A DNA stretch of 63,179 nucleotides, counting the filler. It is 5 parts of 5 records of this genome, joined end to end, with 100 filler letters (N's around TTAATTAATTAA, not from the genome) between each part and the next. Parts side by side here need not be neighbours in the genome. Positions count along the whole stretch, not along the records: positions 1 to 20,283 come from SRR31147125_882; 4 more parts are not named here. One strand, 5' to 3'. Each line of letters opens with the position of its first letter. Position 1 is the stretch's first letter. Position numbers and translations under genes: made by a program. Of the stretch, positions 9,406 through 18,464 are shown piece after piece. The notes under the pieces are model-generated. The model had not been told where the DNA came from, made no database searches, and saw only the letters and a program-made list of their open reading frames with translations.

Positions 9406-9960
9406 TTAGTATGTTTCAATTATTCTAGGTTCTCCTAGATAATCACAAACTAAATCACTAAAGAATTTCAATGCCATTCCTGATCTATAAACTCTATGAT
9501 CTTTCACAATTTCTTTATTCCCAAATCCATAAATAACTGTTACTGAATCACTTATAGAAAGCCAATTTTTTTCAATAGCGAAAGATCCTAATTTATTTTC
9601 CATTTCTTCTTGAATTTCTTCATCAGATATACTGTTTATGAAATCATCAGCATTTTCTAGTTTCACACTTAATGATGAAGATTGGTAGTTTAACGAATGG
9701 CTTCCTTCATTATAAATAAGTGAAAACCAAATACTATCAAAAGTGTTCAAATCAATTTTTTCAATGAACTCATAATCACTTACTTCAATAAAATCTTTGG
9801 TCTTATCACTAAAATCAATAAAATCTAATAATATAGATGGTTCATCATCGCTACTTGAAATTGAATCCATACCCATTCGAATAATTGCATCATGCTTTTC
9901 TGCTATATCTTGAAGTTTTTTTAAAGTCTTCATGTGACTTGAGTTAAATGTAATATTCAT
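9406..9960 (-). CDS. Acidic hypothetical phage protein
   Basis: Operonic ORF with GAGGTG RBS. Confidence 0.65.
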   Translation of the reverse strand: MNITFNSSHMKTLKKLQDIAEKHDAIIRMGMDSISSSDDEPSILLDFIDFSDKTKDFIEVSDYEFIEKIDLNTFDSIWFSLIYNEGSHSLNYQSSSLSVKLENADDFINSISDEEIQEEMENKLGSFAIEKNWLSISDSVTVIYGFGNKEIVKDHRVYRSGMALKFFSDLVCDYLGEPRIIETY

Positions 9961-10139
9961 GACTTCACCTCTTCAAAATAGTCCCAAAAAATACTTTTTA
10001 TGAAAACCCCAATTTCTGAACCACAAATCATACCGACTTGATCTTCTTTATCGTTGACTGCTACGATCTCAGCTATTCTTCCTGATGAGAGTTCTCTCAC
10101 TTTCATCCCTTTAACAATTTTCTTTTGATTTTCATCCAT
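9957..10139 (-). CDS. Small hypothetical phage protein
   Basis: ORF after the repeated RBS motif. Confidence 0.6.
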   Translation of the reverse strand: MDENQKKIVKGMKVRELSSGRIAEIVAVNDKEDQVGMICGSEIGVFIKSIFWDYFEEVKS

Positions 10140-10178
10140 GTGATTACTTCCTTCCTTTGCTCTGGATTTTTTTATTTT

Positions 10179-10790
10179 TTAATCGTTTGCTTCACATTGA
10201 AGTTCATATTCAAACTGATTTGTATAATTAAACACACCAAATCTATAATATTTTTTCCCTTTTTCATAGATTGGAAAGTCTAGGTTATAACCTTTTGCTG
10301 AAACATAACCTTCAATAAATGCTTGACATTCGTCTAAACTTCCTACTTCTTCAGCAATTATTACTTGCTTAAAATCTTCTAATGGGATTGTTTTATCACC
10401 ACCTGTAGCAATGTCTTTAGCTATCATAACGTAGTAAGTATTTAATTTTTCCTGGCATTGACTACATAAATCTTCTTCTACCCAATAACATCCACCTTTG
10501 CAGCTGTGAAGATCATCACAACCACAAACTCTACATGTTTGCTTATAATGTTTCATTTCTTCACCTTGTTTAATGATTCCCATAATAGTATCTGCATAAG
10601 GCTCATCAAGATTAACAACAATATATGAAGGGTTTGGTTCTTTACCATTAGATTTTCTAATCTTTGCAACTGCATCGAATGCAATACCTAGATGTGATTG
10701 ATTCATAAAATCTAATTTTTTGACATCTTCACGTTTCATAACCATATGTGTGTTCGGCTTTTCTTCAAATTTATATTTAGTTTTTTCCAT
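10179..10790 (-). CDS. Hypothetical phage protein with Cys-rich zinc finger
   Basis: CRVCGC...CKGGCYWVEEDLCSQC; AAGGAGG RBS. Confidence 0.7.
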   Translation of the reverse strand: MEKTKYKFEEKPNTHMVMKREDVKKLDFMNQSHLGIAFDAVAKIRKSNGKEPNPSYIVVNLDEPYADTIMGIIKQGEEMKHYKQTCRVCGCDDLHSCKGGCYWVEEDLCSQCQEKLNTYYVMIAKDIATGGDKTIPLEDFKQVIIAEEVGSLDECQAFIEGYVSAKGYNLDFPIYEKGKKYYRFGVFNYTNQFEYELQCEAND

Positions 10791-10808
10791 GTGATTTCCT
10801 CCTTGAAT

Positions 10809-10948
10809 AAATCTTACATAATCACTGAAACTGTAAGATTTTTATATTTTTTTGATACATTGACTTTTCCGCTTATTAAGGCTTTCAAGTGTTAATTCAT
10901 TTGATTATTATTGTTAAAAAACTTTACCGTGACATGTTTTCTCGTAAA
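10809..10948. repeat. Three-subsite res/dif-like element, copy 2
   Basis: ATCTTACATAA-TCACTGA-AACTGTAAGAT (10811-10839), GACTT..TCAAGT (10862-10890) and TTTACCG..CGTAAA (10923-10948). Confidence 0.7.
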
Positions 10949-11016
10949 TTACGTTAATTGATGCTATATTGTAAATAAAAACATGGGGAGTTAATTATGT
11001 TTTTTTCTGTTCAAAT

Positions 11017-11457
11017 TCAGTCAGTAATGTAACCTGTATTTGTATAATCCCAATGATAAACTGTAGATATACTGCTTTCATCACTAATTGTAGGAATAAT
11101 GACCTCAGGTTTGTATGTAATCTGATATCGATATTCTGACACATATGCAGCTTCCAGTTGCTCTACGATATAGGTGACATTATCGCTTAAACCTAAATAA
11201 TGTTTAAGATACTGATTATCTCCAGTTTTCACTGTTACTTCTACTTGATCGTCTTCAATATCCGCTGATATTGATGCATAGCCAATAATTTCTAATAAGT
11301 AATCATCAGTGATAGAATTGTAAAAAACAACTCTCCTATAGATTCTGAAATTATCAGCTTCTTTACTTAAATTACTTGATACAACATCTGCATCCTGACA
11401 ACTAACAAGTGCTAAAGATAGCACCAATAAAAATATAATACTAAATAATTTTTTCAT
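11017..11457 (-). CDS. Phage lipoprotein
   Basis: Start at MKKLFSII after AAGGAG; lipobox LVSC; ADVVSSNLSKEADNF conserved phage motif. Confidence 0.8.
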   Translation of the reverse strand: MKKLFSIIFLLVLSLALVSCQDADVVSSNLSKEADNFRIYRRVVFYNSITDDYLLEIIGYASISADIEDDQVEVTVKTGDNQYLKHYLGLSDNVTYIVEQLEAAYVSEYRYQITYKPEVIIPTISDESSISTVYHWDYTNTGYITD

Positions 11458-11470
11458 TTTTTGTTTCTCC

Positions 11471-11671
11471 TTATAATTTTTTATTGCAATCTTTACAAAT
11501 AATAACTTCATAATTTTGACTGATAAAATGTCTTCTAGATTGATAACTTTCAATCAGAGGCATTTTTTTATGACATATACTACATCTAACATATTTCTTT
11601 TTGTTTGCTTTTATTAGATGTTTATTTTGTTTTCTTTTCAATTTGTAATATCTCTGGTAGATTTCTACCAT
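11471..11671 (-). CDS. Small basic zinc-finger protein
   Basis: CSIC...CKDC. Confidence 0.55.
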   Translation of the reverse strand: MVEIYQRYYKLKRKQNKHLIKANKKKYVRCSICHKKMPLIESYQSRRHFISQNYEVIICKDCNKKL

Positions 11672-11867
11672 CTATTCCCATATCATCAACATGTTTTTTA
11701 GCATCAAGCGCTAGTCTTCCAACATTAATGATTTGATTAGATACTCTTACAACTGCATTAGATCGTTGAATTTCTTCTTTTAATTCATCACCTTTAAGAT
11801 CTTCATCATTTAATCTTTCTAGCTGTTCAAAAAGGTGATTATTTAAATCTGTTATCTTATTTTTCAC
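11622..11867 (-). CDS. Conserved phage protein
   Basis: MKNKITDLNNHLFEQLERL motif, commonly paired with HNH genes. Confidence 0.8.
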   Translation of the reverse strand: MKNKITDLNNHLFEQLERLNDEDLKGDELKEEIQRSNAVVRVSNQIINVGRLALDAKKHVDDMGIDGRNLPEILQIEKKTK

Positions 11868-12488
11868 TCTTTTTTCTCCTTGATCTGGCTTCTATAATCT
11901 TAGCGACTAACAAGCCTGTTTCAGTTAATTCTTTATCTTTACTTAATAAGTTGTTTTTATTCAAAATTGCAAGTTCTCTTCTCGTAATTAATTCAAGATT
12001 ATCAATGCTACAATTTTGACGATTACCATCTTTAAATATAAGCACATGTGTTTTAGAATCATATGGTCCATTGACGTCCTCCCAGATGATACGATGCTTT
12101 TGTTTCCATTTGTTTGGATCAGCAATCTTGATATAAACATACCCATTGGTTTTCATTATTTCAGTACCTACAGGTAAATATTGATGTGGTCTATTTCCTT
12201 TTTTAAACCAACCCTTTTCACTACCAGGAGCACACCAACCTTTTTACCTTTGTTGTGAGATACATGACCCTTTTTAAACTCTGTAGATTTACTGAAACGC
12301 ATACCTTTTTTGAAAGTTGCATCAATTCCGCTTTTAATCCCATATCGATATCTACAATATTGAATTTGGTTTTCAGTAAATGTAGTATCAAAATGTTCAT
12401 TGAATAGCTTAGTTATCTCATCATTAAAACGGTGATGTGATATTTCTTTTAGATATTCAATCATCTCAGGAGTATACAATTTTTTCAT
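11857..12488 (-). CDS. HNH endonuclease (HNH_3 type), split by an apparent frameshift
   Basis: N-part with FKKG repeats (12168-12488); C-part NGYVYIKI..WKQKHRIIWE..FKDGNRQNCSIDNL (11857-12156). Confidence 0.75.
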
Positions 12489-13135
12489 TTATGGACTCCT
12501 CCAAGGTAAACACCAGCTCTTTCTTTCTCAGCATCATTGATATCCCACATGACATATAGTTGTGTAATATAAATATCGTCATGATTATACATTTTCATTA
12601 ATGTAGCCCAATTACCACCATTTTTAATATACTGAAAGCCAAATGTCTTTCTTAAACTATGTAATCCAAATCTAGTTGAAATACCTACTTCATTTGCAGC
12701 TTTAGATACAATAGAGTGAGCTTGTTGACGTGTAATAGGATTAACATATTTTTTTCCACCTTGTTTTTTCTTTTGACCAAGAAACAAATAATCATATTTT
12801 GTAAGGTGATTTCTTTCTACATATGATTTTATGTCATTATGCAATTCTTTGTTTAATCTAAAGTTTTGCATTTTACCAGTTTTGCTTTCTTTTATATGGA
12901 CATACCCTTTGATAAGATCAGACACTCTAAGTTGTAATAAATCTCCTGCCCTAAATGCTGTATTCAAACCAATCAAACATAACATCCAATTTCTATCAGC
13001 TTGATAAATCTTGACTGGAGTTTCAGCAAGCTCTCTTTTCTTTAGAAAATAAATCATCATACGTTCAATGTCTTTAGGATCTTTTAAAGGATGCGTTTGT
13101 TTTTGCCCTCCAAAAGATTTTATTCTTCTAGCCAT
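12485..13135 (-). CDS. Short tyrosine recombinase (catalytic domain only)
   Basis: R (AFRAGDLL), K (ESKTGK), HSLR, NH and Y (TQLY) catalytic set; no N-terminal arm-binding domain. Confidence 0.9.
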   Translation of the reverse strand: MARRIKSFGGQKQTHPLKDPKDIERMMIYFLKKRELAETPVKIYQADRNWMLCLIGLNTAFRAGDLLQLRVSDLIKGYVHIKESKTGKMQNFRLNKELHNDIKSYVERNHLTKYDYLFLGQKKKQGGKKYVNPITRQQAHSIVSKAANEVGISTRFGLHSLRKTFGFQYIKNGGNWATLMKMYNHDDIYITQLYVMWDINDAEKERAGVYLGGVHK

Positions 13136-13191
13136 AAATACCTCCTTATTTAAGTTTTAAATTGTTTTTACTATCAATTCGATTAATTACC

Positions 13192-13476
13192 CTATATTTT
13201 ATTTTTCTTTAGAAAACGAATGATTTCAGTTTGTTTAACAGGTAATCTATCTAGTTCCAAATCTGATACATAATAAATATCTTTATCATGATGGATTTTG
13301 TTAGCTTTAAAGTATCCTATAAATCTCCAGCCACTTGATGTCCATATATCTAGTTTCACAAAAGGTGTCTTATTCAATACTGAAATTCTAAATGGATTTT
13401 GATCTCTAACTATTTCCCAATTATTAGGATTTGATACATATAGTTTTCTATCATTATCGTTTTTTAATGTTTTCAA
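13192..13476 (-). CDS. Hypothetical phage protein
   Basis: Coupled ORF. Confidence 0.6.
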   Translation of the reverse strand: MKTLKNDNDRKLYVSNPNNWEIVRDQNPFRISVLNKTPFVKLDIWTSSGWRFIGYFKANKIHHDKDIYYVSDLELDRLPVKQTEIIRFLKKNKI

Positions 13477-13940
13477 AATGGAACACCTTCCGATTCTTCA
13501 ATTCTTTTGACTTGCTCATCAAATAGATACATAAATGATTGAGGAACTTTTAGTCCGATGTCACTAAGCTTTACAGGATTTTTAAGACATCTAAAATCAT
13601 TCACTTTAATGAATCTAGCGTCTTTGTTATGACTAACATCTCTTAATACTTTGATTGATATTGCTGATTCTTCGACTAACTGTAACAGTGTTTTTGATAC
13701 AACTCTTTGATTGATCGCTTCTTTTTTTACAATTTGTGGATCATGCGTCATCGTAAATACAGCAGCAATATAACCTGAATAAGGATGTTTTTTCTTTTTA
13801 GTGACATGTAAGAAAATCTTTGCTGGTAATTTTAACTTTTTAAAATCGTAAGAACGTATCTCATGTTTCTTTACCCCTGAATTCATTAAATCGTAATATT
13901 CTGGATGAATAGGTAATACTAGTGCGTTATATTTATTCAT
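13473..13940 (-). CDS. ASCH/PUA-like domain protein
   Basis: LPIHPEYYDLMNSGVKKHEIRS...PQSFMY. Confidence 0.75.
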   Translation of the reverse strand: MNKYNALVLPIHPEYYDLMNSGVKKHEIRSYDFKKLKLPAKIFLHVTKKKKHPYSGYIAAVFTMTHDPQIVKKEAINQRVVSKTLLQLVEESAISIKVLRDVSHNKDARFIKVNDFRCLKNPVKLSDIGLKVPQSFMYLFDEQVKRIEESEGVPF

Positions 13941-14010
13941 TATTTGTCCTTTCCAGCATTTTCAAGTATAATATGAGGTGCAGCTTTCCTTTGCTCTGGA
14001 TTTGTTGCAA

Positions 14011-14469
14011 TTAAAGGTACATCAGGTCGCACTGATTGTGCCTTTTCTTTTGCTTTTGTCTTTCCTCATAGAACTTTTTAAAATATGCATAATCTTCAAT
14101 AATCTTGTTTTGTACAATGAACTGCTTAACTTTATACAAAAACCAATCATTCATATTTTTATAACCAGCACGTCTAAAGTTTTTTTGGTTTAACACCTTT
14201 TTAAACTTCTTAGGTAGTTTAATGTGTACATGATAACTACTAAAATCTTTTCTAATTCTTCTTTTCTTGTCATGTAGATCTAATTCAATTTCATCAAATA
14301 GATCATATCTACTAACCTTTAAGACTTCTTCAATTCTTAGTAATTTATCTCTTGTTGGAAGAGCCATTCCATTTTCAATATAAGAAATAAGTGGTTCAGG
14401 CATTGATATTGCCATTGCAAGATCACTTTGTCTGTATCCTCTTCTACGTCTAATTTTTTTAAGCCACAT
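14011..14469 (-). CDS. XRE-family HTH regulator
   Basis: LKKIRRRRGYRQSDLA...ISYIENG. Confidence 0.85.
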   Translation of the reverse strand: MWLKKIRRRRGYRQSDLAMAISMPEPLISYIENGMALPTRDKLLRIEEVLKVSRYDLFDEIELDLHDKKRRIRKDFSSYHVHIKLPKKFKKVLNQKNFRRAGYKNMNDWFLYKVKQFIVQNKIIEDYAYFKKFYEERQKQKKRHNQCDLMYL

Positions 14470-14818
14470 TTTCGGATCCCTCGTTTAACCATCGCGTTTG
14501 CGATTCATAAGAATGATAGTCAATACCTTTTTCCTCACACCATTTTTTATAACTAGGTATACTGACTTCTCTAAACTTGTTTCTTAATCGATTAGCATAT
14601 TGACTGATTTCTCCATCGGCTAATCCCATTTTTGAGAGTTTGAAACAAAATGCTGAAATGATATTGTTTTTCTCTCTTCTCAACATGTCAGTGATTTCTT
14701 CTGACTCTTTTAAAATTCCTAAAAATAAAATAGCCTCTACAATTTGCTTATTTGCATCATCGAAGAGACTATTGATTTTACTTTGTGCTAGTCGCATTTG
14801 CACATTGTTTTTTTTCAT
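14459..14818 (-). CDS. Hypothetical phage protein
   Basis: Start MKKNNVQ after GGAAGGAG. Confidence 0.6.
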   Translation of the reverse strand: MKKNNVQMRLAQSKINSLFDDANKQIVEAILFLGILKESEEITDMLRREKNNIISAFCFKLSKMGLADGEISQYANRLRNKFREVSIPSYKKWCEEKGIDYHSYESQTRWLNEGSENVA

Positions 14819-14930
14819 TAGTTTTCTCCTTCCGATTTTCCTTTGCCCTGGAATTGGATAATTTAGTTTTTTGGTCCCAATCAATTGCTCGCTGAACGAT
14901 ACTGATTGATTTTAATTTGTTAAATAGCAT
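14778..14930 (-). CDS. 50-aa ORF absent from the ORF track (MLFNKLKSISIVQRAIDW...)
   Basis: AAGGAG RBS within the repeated motif; fills the gap after cro. Confidence 0.45.
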   Translation of the reverse strand: MLFNKLKSISIVQRAIDWDQKTKLSNSRAKENRKEKTNEKKQCANATSTK

Positions 14931-14963
14931 CGATAATATTCTCCTTTGCTCTGGTAAATGAAT

Positions 14964-15167
14964 TTATCTTCTAGTTTCAAACAAGTACTTTAAATCATTG
15001 TTTTCACCAATAGATGCTGATATTTTTGTTGCTTCTTCAATTGTGATCTGAGATTTTCCAGTGAGTTTAGAAGATACAGTTTGAATGTGGATTCCTAAAA
15101 TACTAGCTAACTTTTTTCTTGTGATTCCACGTCTTTTTAATTCAGCTTCAAGATTTGGATAATACAT
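14964..15167 (-). CDS. Cro-like HTH repressor
   Basis: MYYPNLEAELKRRGITRKKLA; divergent from the CI-like gene. Confidence 0.85.
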   Translation of the reverse strand: MYYPNLEAELKRRGITRKKLASILGIHIQTVSSKLTGKSQITIEEATKISASIGENNDLKYLFETRR

Positions 15168-15186
15168 TTTTGCCCTCCTTATGTTT

Positions 15187-15240
15187 ACGTATCTACGTAT
15201 ATTTTAACTATATTGTAAACGTATCTACGTATATTGTCAA
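15187..15240 (-). promoter_or_regulatory. Lytic promoter TTGACA-N17-TACAAT with two operator repeats
   Basis: -35 at 15240-15235 and -10 at 15217-15212; ACGTATCTACGTATATT at 15187-15203 and 15219-15235. Confidence 0.75.
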
Positions 15241-15353
15241 GGGATTTTCTTACTTTTTATGCATATTCGTATATTTTTTATGCAATTATATATATAATTC
15301 GTTGTATTTATAAGTTTTATTTGGTAAAATCACACTATAAGGAAGTGATTAAT

Positions 15354-15674
15354 ATGACTACTGAACAAAAATTAAAGAATTATATATTAGATAATTATAG
15401 AAGTGTAATGAATTTTTCTGAAAAAAGCGGAATTGCATACACAACAATCATTAGTATTCTTAATAAAAGTATCTCTCGGGCAAGTGTAACTACTGTTATT
15501 CAGATATGCGATGCACTTGAAATCAACATAGATGAATTAGTTAAAGGTGAAATTGTTCCGATTAATAAATCAAATGATAATCAATATATTATTAAGGATA
15601 TATTTAACGATTTAAGTTTAGAACAACAAAATGATTTAATTAAGTATGCAAAATACTTAAAAAATAATAAATAA
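15354..15674 (+). CDS. CI-like XRE repressor
   Basis: MTTEQKLK...FSEKSGIAYTTI...ICDALEI; divergent from cro. Confidence 0.85.
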   Translation: MTTEQKLKNYILDNYRSVMNFSEKSGIAYTTIISILNKSISRASVTTVIQICDALEINIDELVKGEIVPINKSNDNQYIIKDIFNDLSLEQQNDLIKYAKYLKNNK

Positions 15675-16448
15675 TTGGGGTGTATGATGAAAACTAAATT
15701 TAATGCTTTAACAGAAAACCAGAAAGTTTTATTTATTTTAGGATCTTTCTTTTTGATGTTTCTTTTTGCAGTACTTTTTAATGAAGAATCAGAAAGTGTT
15801 TTTAACACAGTATCTGCATTTCTTATGTTAGGTTTCTTAATCTTAGGTGTCGTACTCATTTCTTGGAAACATGAGTATAAAAAATTACAAGAAAAACTAG
15901 AGTTGGAACAAAGACAGCAAGAAAAAATAAAAAAACAGCAAGCGATTGCTGCTGCTAAAGAAAAGAAATTGTCAGAGTATATTGAAAAGAATCCAATAGA
16001 TTATCATGAGTCTTTAGTAATCGTTGTTCCTGGTGTTGACATTGATGATAAGTTTGATGAAATAGATGTTTTAATTGTTAGAGATGGTGAGATTGTAGTT
16101 GATGAGTATCTATATTTTGAAAAAATTGATGAAGCTGCATACTTTTGGGATACAATAGATAAGCATGTTTCTGATAACTCAGTATTAATTACTTTTAAAG
16201 CTGGAGATGAATTAACATTACTAAGTCCATTAAAAAAGAAAGCCGATAAATTCCCTAAAAAATACTTCAGCATCTTATATAATATAAATGAATATTTACC
16301 AGATATTAATGCTAATAGTTACAATGACTTACTATCTAAGTTTAATATACCTGAAGAGTTTAAAGTTAAAATAGTGTATTATGAAATGCTAAAGGAGTTA
16401 GTGTCAAGAGGAATTGATATAGACCAAAATAAAAGAAATATAAAATAA
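15675..16448 (+). CDS. Membrane protein in lysogeny module (possible superinfection exclusion)
   Basis: Two N-terminal TM helices plus coiled coil; lies between CI and the integrase. Confidence 0.65.
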   Translation: MGCMMKTKFNALTENQKVLFILGSFFLMFLFAVLFNEESESVFNTVSAFLMLGFLILGVVLISWKHEYKKLQEKLELEQRQQEKIKKQQAIAAAKEKKLSEYIEKNPIDYHESLVIVVPGVDIDDKFDEIDVLIVRDGEIVVDEYLYFEKIDEAAYFWDTIDKHVSDNSVLITFKAGDELTLLSPLKKKADKFPKKYFSILYNINEYLPDINANSYNDLLSKFNIPEEFKVKIVYYEMLKELVSRGIDIDQNKRNIK

Positions 16449-16457
16449 TGGAGGTTT

Positions 16458-17886
16458 TTGATGAATAAAGCAGTTATTTATGCTAGGTATTCATCTTCTT
16501 CTCAAAACGAGCAATCTATAGAAACTCAAATTGATATTTGCAAAAATTACGCTAAGGAAAATGACATACTTATTGTTGATTATTATATAGATAAAGGAAT
16601 GACTGGGACAAATGCTAATCGTCCTGGTTTCCAGAAAATGATTATGGATTCATATACTAGTAAATTCAATTATTTAATAGTATATAAGTTTGATCGTTTC
16701 GCAAGAGATGAATATGATGATATTTATTATGAAAAAATCCTAAATGACAACGGTGTTAGTAGATTGTCAGCAACTGAGCCTACACCTAAGGATGAATTTT
16801 CAAGTAAATTGATAAAAGCTATTACAAGATTAAATAATGAAAACTATTCACGTGTATTGTCAGAGCGTGTCAATGCTGGTCTTTCTAAAAATGTAGAGAG
16901 AGGACTAATGGTTGGTGGATCTGTGACATGGGGATATAAAATGATAAATAAAAGATATGTTATAGATGATGAAACTGCTCAATACGTTAAATCCATCTTT
17001 GACTGGTATTACTCAGGATTAACTGGAAAAGAAATAGCAAATAAGTTAAATTTAAGTGGTGTGAGAAATGCTAAAGGAAAAAATTCAGTTTCAGCACATA
17101 TTTAAAATACTGAGAAATAAACGCTATATTGGAATATTCACCTATAGAGGAATTGAACACAAAGATTATTTACCTTCTATCGTTTCTAAAGATATATTCT
17201 ATAAAGTCCAAGATAAATTATCTAAATCTAGAAATTTCCAACGTAATCGATCAACTAAGACAAAATATAGTTTAACTGGTAAACTTTTTTGTGGAGAGTG
17301 CGGTCATGCTATGTCAGGATATTCTGGGACAGGACGTCATGGAAAAAAATTTCATTACTATCGATGCAGAAACCCAAAATGTAGTAAGTCAAATGAAAAG
17401 AAAAAAGAACTTGAATCCTTGATATTCGATAAAACATCTGAAGAAATAATTCATAGCAACAAACTTGATGGTTGGATTGAAGACTCTATTAAAGCTTATA
17501 ATAGTCAATTTGCAACACTAGAGACACTATTAAAAAATATTCAAAAAGAATTATTAAAGATTAAAAGAGAAATTGACAATGTAATGACAGCTATTAAGAT
17601 GGGTATTATTACAGATTCAACAAAAATAGAATTGGAATATCTAGAAGGTAAAAAGAGAGAGCTCGAGTTAGAATATATAAAAAAAGAGGCTATTAAACCT
17701 CAGGCACCAAATCCACAACTCATAAAAAACTGGTTTCTTCACTTCAACACTATCGATCCAACACAGGAAGAAATCAACGATGTATTTGATGTGTTAATTA
17801 GCAAAATCATAAAATCAAATGATACAATAGAAATATATTTCCAAATAGGAAATCACCATGTGGAGGTAGATCTCCCGCTGGTGTAG
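16458..17886 (+). CDS. Large serine integrase, split by an apparent frameshift near 17080-17092
   Basis: YARYSS..Q..SIE.Q, DRFAR resolvase domain; recombinase domain; LFCGECG...YYRC zinc ribbon; coiled coil. Confidence 0.9.
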
Positions 17887-17938
17887 GGGTTAGTTTAGAG
17901 TTACCACAAGCCCACCACAAGGGAATTAAAACTAACCC
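17887..17938. other. Candidate att site of the serine integrase
   Basis: 52-bp segment bounded by GGGTTAGTTT/AAACTAACCC inverted repeats immediately after the integrase stop. Confidence 0.6.
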
Positions 17939-17982
17939 ATATATAAAAATAATTCCGAATTATATAGTGTTAGTATTCTACG

Positions 17983-18008
17983 AAAAAAGCCTTAATTTAG
18001 GTTTTTTT
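17983..18008 (+). terminator. Probable intrinsic terminator
   Basis: AAAAAAGCCT..AGGTTTTTTT hairpin plus T-run. Confidence 0.45.
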
Positions 18009-18017
18009 ATTTTTCCA

Positions 18018-18080
18018 TTGACATTTAATAACATATTTGTTATATTTTAGATGACTTAATAACATATTTGTTATATTTTA
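18018..18080 (+). promoter_or_regulatory. TA promoter TTGACA-N17-TATATT with two palindromic operators
   Basis: 25-bp direct repeat at 18025-18049 and 18056-18080, each containing ATAACA-N4-TGTTAT. Confidence 0.75.
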
Positions 18081-18100
18081 TTAGAAAGGAGCGTATCACC

Positions 18101-18454
18101 TTGTATAAGATAATTGCATATCCAGAGAATGATACCGCTCTAATCAATGATTTAATTACAGAAGTGGAGGCATCTGGAAAACAGTCTAATTATGATAACT
18201 TAAGAAAGTATATCGATAAACTTTCTGAATTGGGATTAAATAAAATGAACACTGATTTTAAATCAGAATCGTTCAAAAAAATTGATAAGAATTTGTATGA
18301 GTTAAGGCCAAACAATTTACGAATTTTCTTCACTGTTAAAGATGAAGTATATTATCTGTTAAATGGATTTATTAAGGAAACTAGAAAAACACCTAAAAAA
18401 GAGATAAAAAAAGCTAAATATTACCTAAAATTTATACATGAAAACTTAGAATAG
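18101..18454 (+). CDS. RelE/HigB (Gp49-like) toxin
   Basis: KKIDKNLYELRPNNLRIFF...LLNGFIKETRKTPKKEI; TTG start after AAAGGAG. Confidence 0.85.
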   Translation: MYKIIAYPENDTALINDLITEVEASGKQSNYDNLRKYIDKLSELGLNKMNTDFKSESFKKIDKNLYELRPNNLRIFFTVKDEVYYLLNGFIKETRKTPKKEIKKAKYYLKFIHENLE

Positions 18455-18464
18455 AGGACTATAT

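Noticed and set aside
7399-14954. CRISPR array or integron attC interpretation of the repeats
   Set aside because: Repeats are short, irregularly spaced and non-palindromic, with no cas genes and no attC R/L box structure
16458-17886. Split integrase as programmed frameshift or pseudogene
   Set aside because: Similar single breaks hit PcfK, HNH, IS1182, portal, terminase, SNF2, oxidoreductase and tagJ across unrelated contigs, often at homopolymers. This points to sequencing indel errors; raw reads would settle it.
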